A DNA stretch of 64,000 nt from the NCBI GenBank assembly GCA_963800495.1, contig CAWDBB010000004.1, positions 194,741-258,740 of the forward strand, given 5' to 3'. Shown here in pieces: positions 50,879 to 60,875 of the stretch. Source of the DNA: Candidatus Bathyarchaeota archaeon. Lineage in GTDB: Archaea; Thermoproteota; Bathyarchaeia; Bathyarchaeales; Bathycorpusculaceae. The notes under the pieces are model-generated. The model was not told where the DNA came from. It did no database searches and worked only from the letters and a program-made list of their open reading frames with translations. Each line of letters begins with the position of its first letter. Positions within the stretch are counted from its first letter, which is position 1. The translations under genes were made by a program, and so were the position numbers.

Positions 50879-51809
50879 ATGGAAGTCGTAAATGTCCGTT
50901 TACCCGACAAATTAACTGCAGATATAGACAAACTGGCAAAGAAACACGATCTCACCCGATCAGAAGTCATGCGCCAAGCATTAACCATCTATCTGCACCT
51001 GACAGAAAACGTCGGCACCATGCTAAGACCAATAGTTTTTCAAGTGAAACCTGCCCAAATAACCTACACTCGCAGAGGCGACGTCTCAATCCTAAAAGTT
51101 CCCACAGGACACGCCATCGTGGCAGGCTCAACCTCAAGCGGCGCTGTTGGCCCCAAAAAAATGGACAAGGTTCAAGTGGAAGGGCACGTGCTGGGAAAAT
51201 TCTTGGCAAGAGTTGCCTTAATGGATGTGACTGCAACGGGCGCGTTTCCATTTCTTTTGTCCGTTACATTAGGCGTAGAAAAAGAACCCACTGGCAACGC
51301 AATAATTGAGGGAATTCGACGTGAAGCCAGAAGCATAGGTCTTGACCCAAATCAAGCTCTTATGGAGAACACCGAAGACAATTTTGAAACGGTACAAACT
51401 GGCGTTGGATTAACCGTGGTTGGCTTTGCAAATGATGAAGATCTTAGGCTTGGAAAAACAATGCCGGGCGACTTAATAGTAGCAATTGGCAAACCCAAAG
51501 TTGGAGACGAAGTATTAGCCGCAGAAACACGCGGAGAAATTGCGGACCTCAAAAACGTCACACAACTATCCCAGAGAAAATATGTACATGATATTGCACC
51601 AGTTGGGGGGTTTGGGATTGCAAGTGAAGCAAGAATGATGGCTTATGGCGTTGGGAGGCAACTAAAACTCTACGAGGTGCAAGGGGTTGGATTTGAGTAA
51701 GTCAGCGGGTCCAGCAACAGTTGTTCTTGCAACAATTGACAAAGAGAAGCTCGAAGATTTAACTTCGTTAATTCCTAAACCAATTAATGTTGTTGGAGAA
51801 ATACTCTAA
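50879..51809 (+). CDS. Ribbon-helix-helix domain fused to alpha-ribazole kinase (CblS)-like PurM-fold domain (apparent frameshift at ~51685)
   Basis: MEVVNVRLP......ID.LA......RSEVMRQAL, then SGAVGPK..D, ARVALM, EPTG..II.GI, TEDN..TVQTG, PKVG.EV; shifted frame gives DLSKSAGPAT...GEIL*. Confidence 0.75.
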
Positions 51810-51817
51810 ACAAAAAT

Positions 51818-52301
51818 TTATTTTTGAATGCTCTTTAGCATGTGCCCGTTACGGTCGATTTCTCCACTGCGAATTCGCGTAGTCGAGATAGGAGTGTTAT
51901 TTTCTGCCTCAACCATGTCCACTGCGACAATTTCGAGCGGTGGCAACCCAGCTTTTCCGCGTGTTGACATTAATAGCGCCTGCTGTTCGGGCAGTTTCTT
52001 TGCTCACGACTAATGCCTCTAAACCTCTGCCCTTAATTGTCAAGCCATACGAGTCGGTTAACGGTACAATTTCAGCTCTATCGGCTAAACCCATTTCTGT
52101 CAAATAAGTGGCTAATTCATCTCGGCGTTCAGCGTAAGAGGCAGTTATGTGGGGTTTGCCCATTTTCTTGACAAACTCATCAGAAGATAAGCCTATGACA
52201 ACTTTATCTCCGACTTCAAAAGCTCTGCTGAGTAATGCTTTGTGGCCTCTATGGAGTTCATCAAAAGTTCCTCCGACTGCAACTTTCTTGTATTTTTTCA
52301 T
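51818..52301 (-). CDS. coaD: Archaeal phosphopantetheine adenylyltransferase (apparent frameshift at ~51962)
   Basis: VAVGGTFD.LHRGH, GLSSD, LVVS.ET; shifted frame gives GLPPLEI...ISTTRIRSGEID. Confidence 0.9.
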
Positions 52302-53232
52302 TTTACCAGCCTAACGCCCTGAAAATCAATCTTGCTAACTATCACTTGTTTTGAGGGCAAGGTTTGCTTAAAAGCTTCTGCTACCAAGTCAGCGTTATTT
52401 TCATGTACGACGGCGTGAACTGCTTCTCCAATCATGTTTTGGGCTGCACCGACCGCACCAGCCTTCTTCGCCACGGCCACCAGCTCCCTTATGTTTTGGG
52501 TTGCGAAACCTGCTTTTTGCGAGAAATCCCAGCAGCAATCAAGAAAATTCTCCAAGCTGGGCTCGGCAAGGATAGCGTCTAGGGTTTTTTTGCCGTAGCG
52601 GTTTATTTCCTGCTTTTTCTTTGGCGAGGAAAGGACTGATTTTTTTGGGATGTCGGATTCTAAAAAAGCCCGCAACAACCATGTAATCAGGCGTTATGGG
52701 GATTCGGTCGATTTGGCAAATGCCTGGAGCGCCAGGTTCCACAACCAGAACGCAACCGCCACTAAAAGTCAAAGAGCTTACCGTGCCCAAACCTGTTAGG
52801 CATTGAATCTCGGCAACATGTGCGATTTTGCCAATCTGATTATACGTCAAGGGCAACCCTAAAGCGTCTCTAAGCGCTAATCCTGCGGTTAACGCTCCTC
52901 CTGCACTGGTGCCAAACCCGGTGCCAATGGGAACTTCAATTTGATGTTCGACTGTGATAGCATAGTTTGCGTTTGTTTTGGCCAGAAGGGTCGCTATTAC
53001 TTGCCTTGTGGTTTTTGCTTCTGTTAGCGGGTTTAGAATTAATGAAAACGTTAATGCTGTTTGTCTGTGCTTCTTCAGCGGTCACTGTTGTTGTGACGCC
53101 TTTTTCTAGCCCAAAACCTCCCCCTATGGCACCAACTTTCTCCAAATCTGTAATCGGTTTGCCGTCTTCGTTGTCGTGGATTTCAAAAAAACTCGAAATT
53201 GCTGCGGGCGCGAAAGCTTTAGCTTTTTTCAA
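52298..53232 (-). CDS. pok: Pantoate kinase (GHMP family; two apparent frameshifts at ~53030 and ~52665)
   Basis: AFAPA.ISSFF, GAIGGG, PIGTGFGTSAGGAL, AHVAEI...TGLGTV, GAPG, AQNMIGE. Confidence 0.85.
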
Positions 53233-53980
53233 CGTTTGTCACTTGTTTTTCCTTGCGTCTCAAGCTTGGGAATGCCCTATAGCATGCTTTGATGACAGGT
53301 GGTCCAACAAGCAAAATGAATGGGAGTTCTGTTGCGAATGTCCATACAAAGATTGGTAGAACGAAGGTTGCGGAAACTGGACCACTGACAAAAAACGATA
53401 GAAAGTAAGGACTAACTGCCCACACTGTAACTGATAGTAAACCCGCTCCTGCAGCTTGACCAATCACTGCGGCTATCGCGTAACTTCGCCATTCTTTCCA
53501 ACGAACGGCTGCCACTGCTATAATCGATAGACTAAGTATAACTGTTAATACAAAAGCGAGGAGGAACCATTCGGCTGACAAACCTGTAAGTAAGGATAAG
53601 TCTGGAAGTAATAGTATAGCTGGTACTAAGAGAGCAACGGCTGATACTATTATCCCAACCATGGCTTGTTTTAGGCTTATGTTTCTATGAGCTATGTATC
53701 CGATTAAAAAGAATAGTATAAAGTTTGGAGGAACTCCTGCTGAGAGACTTAAAAGAGGGATGCCATGGACAAACATGTCTCTAATGAAGATTCCAAGTGC
53801 TCCGCTAATTCCGCCAACCCATGGACCATACAATACGGCGAAAATTGCAGGTATAACAACCGCAGGCAAAAATCCTATACCTAAGAAAGAGAAATTGGCA
53901 GTTAAGATTCCAAATGCAGCATAAAGCGCTGCACAAATGCCAATAACAACGATATCTTGTGTCTTAAATCGGGTATTCAA
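53219..53980 (-). CDS. ECF-type S-component membrane protein
   Basis: AALYA, PAVVIPAIFAVLYGPWVGG..GA.G, multiple TMs; overlaps the pok start. Confidence 0.75.
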   Translation of the reverse strand: MNTRFKTQDIVVIGICAALYAAFGILTANFSFLGIGFLPAVVIPAIFAVLYGPWVGGISGALGIFIRDMFVHGIPLLSLSAGVPPNFILFFLIGYIAHRNISLKQAMVGIIVSAVALLVPAILLLPDLSLLTGLSAEWFLLAFVLTVILSLSIIAVAAVRWKEWRSYAIAAVIGQAAGAGLLSVTVWAVSPYFLSFFVSGPVSATFVLPIFVWTFATELPFILLVGPPVIKACYRAFPSLRRKEKQVTNVEKS

Positions 53981-54146
53981 TACTTATCCCTTTAAACTTT
54001 AAGCTTAACTTTCAGATAAGGGGAGCCAATTAAGGATTCCGTTTATAATGTTTAAACATGATTAAACTTTGACCATGGCTAAAACCGTGATTCAGAAAAA
54101 CTTCTAAGCAATTCATAAATTAAGAAAATAAGAATAATGGATTTGG

Positions 54147-54491
54147 CTACTTCTTGTGCCTTTTGATTCTTTCTTGCCGTTGAGTTTTTTTGCGCCAGTC
54201 TTTCTTGCGTTGAGTCTGCATTGAGAATCTTTCTTGGCGGGGAACATCTAACTTTCTGAAGCGAGAGACGTTTCCGTAAAAGGTTTCAGCTGATATTTTG
54301 TTATCTTTCAAATCTTGAAGATTCTGGTTTAATTCCTCTTTAGATTCGGCATCACTTGTCTTGTCGAATGCTTCTTCATAAACAAGGTATGCGGCATGGA
54401 ACTGAAAGTTCATGAGGTCATCAATTAAAAGTTTCTCTGTTTGAGGGGATGATTCATTATTGTTGTTTTGCTCATTGGGTTGTTGAGTCAT
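54147..54491 (-). CDS. Hypothetical protein (acidic core, very basic C-terminus)
   Basis: 114-aa ORF. Confidence 0.7.
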   Translation of the reverse strand: MTQQPNEQNNNNESSPQTEKLLIDDLMNFQFHAAYLVYEEAFDKTSDAESKEELNQNLQDLKDNKISAETFYGNVSRFRKLDVPRQERFSMQTQRKKDWRKKTQRQERIKRHKK

Positions 54492-54668
54492 GTATTATCC
54501 AGCTTTTGATTAGAGCAATGATTGTTTTTCATCCTTTTATAGGTGTGCCTAATTTTCTGGCAAAAGAACCCTTGCTTACTATAGCCCTCTCAGAGAACTG
54601 CCCTCTTCCATATATAGAAACATGCGAATGTTGAACACCGGTTAAGCTTGATTGATTTGTTTTTGATT

Positions 54669-55106
54669 CTATATCCCAATTTGATTTCTAATTTTTTGGG
54701 CATCTTGTTCTAACGCTTCTGAATCACGCGGATTTGTGAGGTCTCGATAAGCCTTGCCATGACTGAAACCTTCGTGGGGCTTCATTGGGATAACATGCAC
54801 ATGTAAATGAAAAATCACTTGTCCAGCTGCCCAACCATTATTCTGTACAATCCGGATGCCTTCTGCCTCCATGGCATCCCTAACCGCATTGGCAACTCTT
54901 TTAGCAACTTTAAAGAGATAAGCCGTTTCTTCCTCGGAAATTTCATAGATGTTTTCGTAATGTTTTTTGGGAACCACCAAAGTGTGCCCTTCGTTCACCG
55001 GGCGGTTAGTTAAAAAAGCAACTACGTCCGCATCCTCATAGATTATGTTTGCAGGCGCTTCTTTACGGATTATCTGACAGAATATGCATTCAGACATCGC
55101 AGTCAT
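54669..55106 (-). CDS. HIT-family nucleotide hydrolase
   Basis: CIFC, GHTLVVPKKH, NNG..AGQVIFHLHVHVIP. Confidence 0.93.
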   Translation of the reverse strand: MTAMSECIFCQIIRKEAPANIIYEDADVVAFLTNRPVNEGHTLVVPKKHYENIYEISEEETAYLFKVAKRVANAVRDAMEAEGIRIVQNNGWAAGQVIFHLHVHVIPMKPHEGFSHGKAYRDLTNPRDSEALEQDAQKIRNQIGI

Positions 55107-55169
55107 ACCTTTCAGCTGTTTGTTGGTAGGATATAGCTTTAATAGAAATTCGTCAGTCAATAATACTTT

Positions 55170-56201
55170 ATGGAAACTTTAGTTGACGATATTGGCAGTT
55201 TTCCGTTACCCACAGGGATTAAAAGAGAAACTTTTAGCAAGGCCTATGAACTTGCAAGAGAAGCAATCCTCGAAGGCAAGGACATAACCAAAGAGGATTT
55301 TTTGCAAGAAAATTTCTGCAAAGTTGTGATTGACTCCTTTAGGAAAAAATTGTCTACGGGCTTAGATGTTATAAATTTTCCTCAGCACTACAGTGGAATT
55401 AAACAAGTTGGTGACGCTGTTCATGAGGCAATGGCGAAAGGTTCCTTTGTTGTCGATAAAGAAAAAGCATTCCTCCCCGAAATCTACGTGCTCAACCAAG
55501 AAGCCAAGCGTCTGAGCGAAGAATTCGGCAAGAAAATTCAGTTGAGGGTTTCAATTTTTGGCCCCATCGAACAATATTTGGCTGAAGTTGGAACAACAGC
55601 TTTCCAAGACGTATTAGATGGGTTTGCTCAAACGATAAATCGGTTTGCCAAAAACTCTATTTTAAACAACAAATACATTGAAACCAAGGTAATTTCCATC
55701 GATGAACCAAGCCTAGGTCATACCAACCTCTCAGCTACACCAGATTTAATTGGTGAAACTCTCGAGAAAGCCTACGACTTTCAAGGACCAATAAAGCAAA
55801 TTCACCTACACTTCGCCTCAGGAATACATGATTTACTCGCCGTAAAAGGTCTTAATGTATTATCGTTTGAGTACGCGGCGTCTCCAAAAAATATCGACGC
55901 AATCCCAAAAAGTATACTTGAAAAAGCTGACAAGCAAATCCGGGTGGGCATTGCAAGAACAGACATCGACTCTATTTGGGCGGAACTTTATGAGAAAGGC
56001 ATAACCAAACCATCAAACGAACATTTAGTTGAAACGATAGAAGCGATAACAAAAAGATACAGTATTGCCAAAGAGAAGTATGGTGATAGGATGACTTTTA
56101 CAGGTCCTGACTGTGGTCTTGGCGGTTGGCCCAATCAAGAATCAGCCGCATTGCTGCTGGAGCGCGTCGTGAAAGCAGTAAAATCAAATCCTCAATTTTA
56201 A
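55170..56201 (+). CDS. Single-barrel MetE/UROD-like protein (archaeal methionine synthase-like)
   Basis: DDIGSFP, GLDV..FPQ, SIDEPS, IHLH, GIARTD, GPDCGL. Confidence 0.75.
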   Translation: METLVDDIGSFPLPTGIKRETFSKAYELAREAILEGKDITKEDFLQENFCKVVIDSFRKKLSTGLDVINFPQHYSGIKQVGDAVHEAMAKGSFVVDKEKAFLPEIYVLNQEAKRLSEEFGKKIQLRVSIFGPIEQYLAEVGTTAFQDVLDGFAQTINRFAKNSILNNKYIETKVISIDEPSLGHTNLSATPDLIGETLEKAYDFQGPIKQIHLHFASGIHDLLAVKGLNVLSFEYAASPKNIDAIPKSILEKADKQIRVGIARTDIDSIWAELYEKGITKPSNEHLVETIEAITKRYSIAKEKYGDRMTFTGPDCGLGGWPNQESAALLLERVVKAVKSNPQF

Positions 56202-56241
56202 TTGTTTTTACTAAAAATAAAAAAGAAAGAAGAAAAATCTT

Positions 56242-57111
56242 CTATTCGGGAGTTTCTTCGGATGGTGATGGCGGCATGGGTTCTTGTCGAGGCATCGGTT
56301 TTTTCTTTGCTAGAGCCTGTTGCGCTTGAGTTAGGTCTTTGAAGCCGTAGGTTCCAATTGGAGGCCAACCTGCTTCAGGCATAGATGCTGGAATAAGCAT
56401 TATGGTATTTGTTTGTGATTGCTGGCCAAGCTCGTAGAGTATGTTCATCCATCTCAGTCTTAGACCTTCTGGGCTTGATTCGTAAGCTTTTGCTGCTTCA
56501 ATCATTTTTGTTGATGCTTCAAACTCGGCAGTGGCTAATGTTACTCTTGCTATGCGTTCCCGTTCAGCCTGTGCTTGGCGACTCATAGCGTCTTGCAGGT
56601 TGGCTGGGATAATTACGTCGCGGACTTCGACGGAGGTGACTTTTATTCCCCATGACTCTGTTTTTTCGTCGATAATTTCGCGTAGACGAGCTCCGACTTT
56701 CTCGCGTTCTGCAAGCAACTCGTTTAGGCTAACTTTGCCGATTACTTCCCTGAGGGTTGTTTGGGATGCCAATTGGGTGGCTTGGTAATAATTTTCTACT
56801 GCCAATACTGCCTTTTCCAAATCTACAGGTTTCATGTATAATACGGAGTCAACGTTTACAGGAACGTTGTCTTTGGTTAAGGTGGATTCAGTTCGGAATT
56901 GTATGGTGTCTAATCTTGTGGAGATTTTTAGGGGCGCTCTATCAATTAAGGGAACTAGATAGATTATTCCTGGACCCTTCAAGCCTACATAGCGTCCAAG
57001 CCTTAAAACGGGCATTCGTTCCCATTCTTTAAGCACTCGAATGCCGCTTAATAGGAAAAGTGCAACAACTATAGCTATAAAACCAATAATAGGAGTTAAA
57101 ACATCAACCAA
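56242..57111 (-). CDS. SPFH/stomatin (slipin) protein
   Basis: EWER..VLRLGR, GPG, TKDNV, QTTLR.VIG, WGIKV..VE, QAQAERERIA. Confidence 0.93.
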   Translation of the reverse strand: MVDVLTPIIGFIAIVVALFLLSGIRVLKEWERMPVLRLGRYVGLKGPGIIYLVPLIDRAPLKISTRLDTIQFRTESTLTKDNVPVNVDSVLYMKPVDLEKAVLAVENYYQATQLASQTTLREVIGKVSLNELLAEREKVGARLREIIDEKTESWGIKVTSVEVRDVIIPANLQDAMSRQAQAERERIARVTLATAEFEASTKMIEAAKAYESSPEGLRLRWMNILYELGQQSQTNTIMLIPASMPEAGWPPIGTYGFKDLTQAQQALAKKKPMPRQEPMPPSPSEETPE

Positions 57112-57150
57112 TCTTTATTCCTCAACTATTGGTATGTTATGATTGGGGAA

Positions 57151-57546
57151 TTAAGCTTTATGCTCGGTCGGTTTTACCAACAGGAACATCCCGTCCATGC
57201 CTACAACTTCGACGTCTTGACCACTGGCTATCTCGCCCTCTTTGGTTGTGGCTTCCCAGAACTCGCCCAACACGCGGATTTCACCTTTAGGTTTAAGATC
57301 TGTTGTTGCTACGCCTTTAGCGCCGATTAATGCTTCTTTTCCTGTTTTTACACGCCTAAACTGAGCTTTAACTCCAACGTAGAAAATGACCGCAACAATT
57401 AAAGCAACAATTATTAGAGTTATTCCAAGAGTCACTTCAACTGAAACAGCTAAGCCATAATAGGTTGTGCCAGAAATTCCAGCATAAAATAGAAACGCCG
57501 CTATGGTTGCTAAGATGCCTATGATGAAAGCTAATCCAGCATGCAT
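57151..57546 (-). CDS. Short NfeD-family protein
   Basis: 2 TMs + TGKEALIG..G......P.GEIRV.GE.W.A OB fold. Confidence 0.88.
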   Translation of the reverse strand: MHAGLAFIIGILATIAAFLFYAGISGTTYYGLAVSVEVTLGITLIIVALIVAVIFYVGVKAQFRRVKTGKEALIGAKGVATTDLKPKGEIRVLGEFWEATTKEGEIASGQDVEVVGMDGMFLLVKPTEHKA

Positions 57547-57700
57547 GTTAATCCCTTAAACTGTGATAGGTTGAATATGCTTATAAGGTATTTCGGATGG
57601 CAACTATCCAAGTTTTAAAAAATCAATTTGTGGTTGGAAAAGATAAAGAACACAAATTTTGATTGAAAGTATACTAAAAAAAGAAGAAAATGTTTGTTTT

Positions 57701-57838
57701 TTAGTTCCAGCGTTCGTTTATGAATAATCTGAGCGATGGGTCTTTTCTTGGGACGATGCTAAGTTGGGGCATTGGGGATGGTCGTCTGCGTAGTGGCGGT
57801 GCTGGCATTGGGGATGGTGGATCAATTTCTAATGGCAT
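57701..57838 (-). CDS. Possible Pro-rich peptide (45 aa), not in ORF track
   Basis: MPLEIDPPSPMPAPPLRRRPSPMPQLSIVPRKDPSLRLFINERWN; starts 8 nt after the HtrA stop. Confidence 0.55.
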   Translation of the reverse strand: MPLEIDPPSPMPAPPLRRRPSPMPQLSIVPRKDPSLRLFINERWN

Positions 57839-57846
57839 TTTGCTTA

Positions 57847-58779
57847 TCAGTCTTCTTCGCCTCCATGAACGGTTGGGACGATAGTTGTTTCGATTAGGCT
57901 TTCTCTGCGTATGATTGTTAAGGTGGTTTCTTTGTTGATGACGTCTTCGCTTAGTAGTCGGGGTAGGTCGTAGAATTCTGTAACGGGTTTGCCGTTGAAT
58001 TTGACAAGTACGTCGCCCATAGCTAAGCCTGCTTTACGTGCGGGTGAGCCTGCTTCAACGCTGAAAATCATAACGCCTGTTTCTTGCTCTAGTCCTGCTT
58101 GTTCAGCGATTTCTTCTGGAATTGCAACTGTGTTTGCGACTATGCCGAGGTATCCTCTTTGTGCGACTTTGCCTGTCATTAGGCGGTCAGTGATGGCTTT
58201 TATTTTGTTTACTGGAATGGCGATGCCTCTTTGCCACACGTAAGCGGTGTTTATTCCGATTAGTCTACCTTGGACGTCGATGAGAGGTCCCCCGCTAAAG
58301 CCGGGGTTTAGTTGGGCATCGGTGGCGATGACGTTTTCCATTGCAGTTGATCCTCGCCAGCCTCGGATGCTACTGTTTACGCTGGTTACCATGCCACTAG
58401 TTGCTGTTGGTTGATTGCGGTTGAAAGGGTTAGCGAGAGCCAGAACATATTGGCCTACATTGAGTTTTTCTGAATCGGCAAGTTCTATTGGTGTAAATTC
58501 GCCTTTCTCTGCTTTGAGAACAGCGATGTCGTTGTATGGGTCGGTGCCCACGATTGTTGCGTTGAAAGTTTTTTCTCCTTGCCCAATTTTGATTGCATTG
58601 CATCCTTGAAGGACATGGTTGCAAGTGACTATGTAGCCATCTTTGGTTAAGATAACACCTGTGCCCCTGGACATCTGCGCTTTGACGCTAACGACTGACT
58701 CGGAAGTTTTTTTGATGAGTGTGCTTGTTGCTTCTGAGAGCGATTTTAAGACTTCTAATGGGTTAACTAATTGAGTCAT
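57847..58779 (-). CDS. HtrA/DegP-like serine protease with one PDZ domain, no signal peptide
   Basis: TCNHV, DIAVL, NPGFSGGPL triad; GYLGI and SPA..AGL..GD PDZ. Confidence 0.92.
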   Translation of the reverse strand: MTQLVNPLEVLKSLSEATSTLIKKTSESVVSVKAQMSRGTGVILTKDGYIVTCNHVLQGCNAIKIGQGEKTFNATIVGTDPYNDIAVLKAEKGEFTPIELADSEKLNVGQYVLALANPFNRNQPTATSGMVTSVNSSIRGWRGSTAMENVIATDAQLNPGFSGGPLIDVQGRLIGINTAYVWQRGIAIPVNKIKAITDRLMTGKVAQRGYLGIVANTVAIPEEIAEQAGLEQETGVMIFSVEAGSPARKAGLAMGDVLVKFNGKPVTEFYDLPRLLSEDVINKETTLTIIRRESLIETTIVPTVHGGEED

Positions 58780-58852
58780 ATTTTTTCACAGAAGTACTAA
58801 TGATCAAAATAGTATTTGTTGACTAAGGAATAGGCAAAGTCAGTCACAAAAA

Positions 58853-59485
58853 TTAGGAGGGCATCATAGAATCGCCAAAGTAACCAACGTTTCTTGCCAT
58901 AACTTGTCTTCTGGATTGTGAGGCTATGCAGAGTTTACCGATAAGCGACATTAGCTGGTAGGAAGCTTTCAGCGCCATGTTTACGTTGTTGTTGGTTAAG
59001 AATTTGGCTTCGATGTTTAGGGCGGTTCCTTGGATGTTAGCAGCTATTTGGATTGCGCCATCCTCTGTGATCCATTTTAGGGTTATGCCTTGGTTGTTTT
59101 CAGATATACCTAGCCAACGGAGCATACCGAACCATTTGCCTTTAAGCGATAAAATCAGCTGTTGCGTCATTAGGTCTGAGGGTAGGAATGTCTGAATGAG
59201 GGGTGTGGTGGGAGTTTCTTTGTGTGGTTGGTGGAGTTTTAGTTCGGTTATTTTTGGGGTTACTTGGTAACCTTCATGTACCTTTTTCACGATGCCTTCT
59301 TGTTCCAGTCGACTTAGGATGCGTGAGAGGGTTTCTGAGTGCAATCCTGTTCTTCTTTTGAGCCCATCGAAGGTGAATGTGGCTAATTCCTCGGTTTCTA
59401 TTAGCGCCAACACGTCAGCGTCGCGTCCGCTAAGACTGTAGTCGGCGTCGGGGCTTTGCCAATTAACATTCAGAACAGGATTCAT
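58853..59485 (-). CDS. Winged-HTH domain protein
   Basis: FTFDGLKRRTGLHSETLSRILSRLEQEGIV.K...GY. Confidence 0.75.
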   Translation of the reverse strand: MNPVLNVNWQSPDADYSLSGRDADVLALIETEELATFTFDGLKRRTGLHSETLSRILSRLEQEGIVKKVHEGYQVTPKITELKLHQPHKETPTTPLIQTFLPSDLMTQQLILSLKGKWFGMLRWLGISENNQGITLKWITEDGAIQIAANIQGTALNIEAKFLTNNNVNMALKASYQLMSLIGKLCIASQSRRQVMARNVGYFGDSMMPS

Positions 59486-59853
59486 TGATCAATGGAGTGT
59501 TGAAATGTTGCTTTTGAAGGTTACTCATCGATGATGCTAAAACGATGTTATGTTAGTTGTAGGTGATTTGGCAATTTTAACGGGTTAACCAGTTTCCTTT
59601 CAACATTGTTTTCGCTCTAATCGTGTTTTTTGTGTGTGGGGAGTTGGGTTGGTTCACACAAGTATGTTGGATTGTATGTTGGGCTGTTTGGGTGTAGTGT
59701 GGGGACATGTTGGATGTCTGGCGGGGTAACGTTTAGGTTTAAGCAGATTGTATTCTGGTAGTTGTAGATGAAGTGGGCTGCAACAAAATACGGTTATGTA
59801 ATAAGTTCGCATTTCAGAAAAAGTCTTAACTACAAAGAGGTTAATCTTGCATT

Positions 59854-60390
59854 ATGGAAGAAATAGAAGTCAAGATTCTTGAAGTAAACAGAACAACTCT
59901 TGAGAGAAAACTCGCCGAACTAGGCGCCAAAAAAGTTTTCGAGGGAAACATTCAAACTTTCTTCTTTGACTTCAAAGATGGGACAATAATTAAACAAAAA
60001 AACGTATTACGTTTAAGGAAAGAACAAGACAAAATCGAATTAACTTACAAAAAAGTTCAAGTGACCCCAACAGCAAAAACTGCACAAGAATATTCCGTAG
60101 AAGTTTCAAGCCTGGAAACGATGAGGGAAATCTTGGAAAAATTGGGTTTATCAATTATTGACAATACGCAAAAGCAACGAGTCAGCTACACTCTTGAGGG
60201 TGCACGATTTGACTTTGATTGTTATTTGGGAGACTTTGGATATATTCCTGAGTTTTTGGAAATAGAGGCTAAAAGCACCGAATTGATATACAAATATGCA
60301 GAGCTTTTGGGTTTTAGGGCTATGGATTGCTTAGCTTGGTCAACAACTGATTTGATCAAGCATTATGCTTACAAAAAAGTTGTCCAGTAG
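59854..60390 (+). CDS. CYTH-domain protein (class IV adenylate cyclase-like / triphosphate tunnel metalloenzyme)
   Basis: EIEVK, LRLR, LTYK, K.R..Y, FLEIE. Confidence 0.9.
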   Translation: MEEIEVKILEVNRTTLERKLAELGAKKVFEGNIQTFFFDFKDGTIIKQKNVLRLRKEQDKIELTYKKVQVTPTAKTAQEYSVEVSSLETMREILEKLGLSIIDNTQKQRVSYTLEGARFDFDCYLGDFGYIPEFLEIEAKSTELIYKYAELLGFRAMDCLAWSTTDLIKHYAYKKVVQ

Positions 60391-60428
60391 CAAGTTTCGT
60401 TGTCAAGAAGAATTAGGGGTTTGGCAAG

Positions 60429-60875
60429 TTATTTGCGGGCTGGGCGAGGCTTGGCAACTTTTGTCGCTATTTTTGGCTTTGGTTGAGGGCTTGGTGATGC
60501 TTTCTTTGAGATGTTCCAAGCGGGGTATTCGCCATGCTCTTTTTTGAAACTTTCTAGAAGTTCTTGTTGGGATACCTTCGGATTATCACTGGGCATCCAG
60601 CTTATAACCACTTTTTCTAGATATCCTTCATTTAGGAGCATTGAATTTATTTTTCGGGTTGTTTTGCCTCCATATCCTGCTAGGTATCCGCCAAATACTC
60701 TTTTAGATGGCTTCTTTGATTTGCCAATGTAGAGGATACCAGAATTTGGTTTGCCAGTTAGTGCTGAGTCAGCTAAAATCAAAACGCTACTTTCGCTGGG
60801 CAGGGTTGAAAAGGAAATTCCTTTAAGTGGAACAAAATCGGCGAAGCCGCTTTCTTTAAGAGACAAAGAATTCAT
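60429..60875 (-). CDS. Hypothetical protein, distant GIY-YIG-like
   Basis: LP..S.V.I...ILYIGKS....R...LL..FK..HGEYP.WN; basic tail. Confidence 0.55.
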   Translation of the reverse strand: MNSLSLKESGFADFVPLKGISFSTLPSESSVLILADSALTGKPNSGILYIGKSKKPSKRVFGGYLAGYGGKTTRKINSMLLNEGYLEKVVISWMPSDNPKVSQQELLESFKKEHGEYPAWNISKKASPSPQPKPKIATKVAKPRPARK

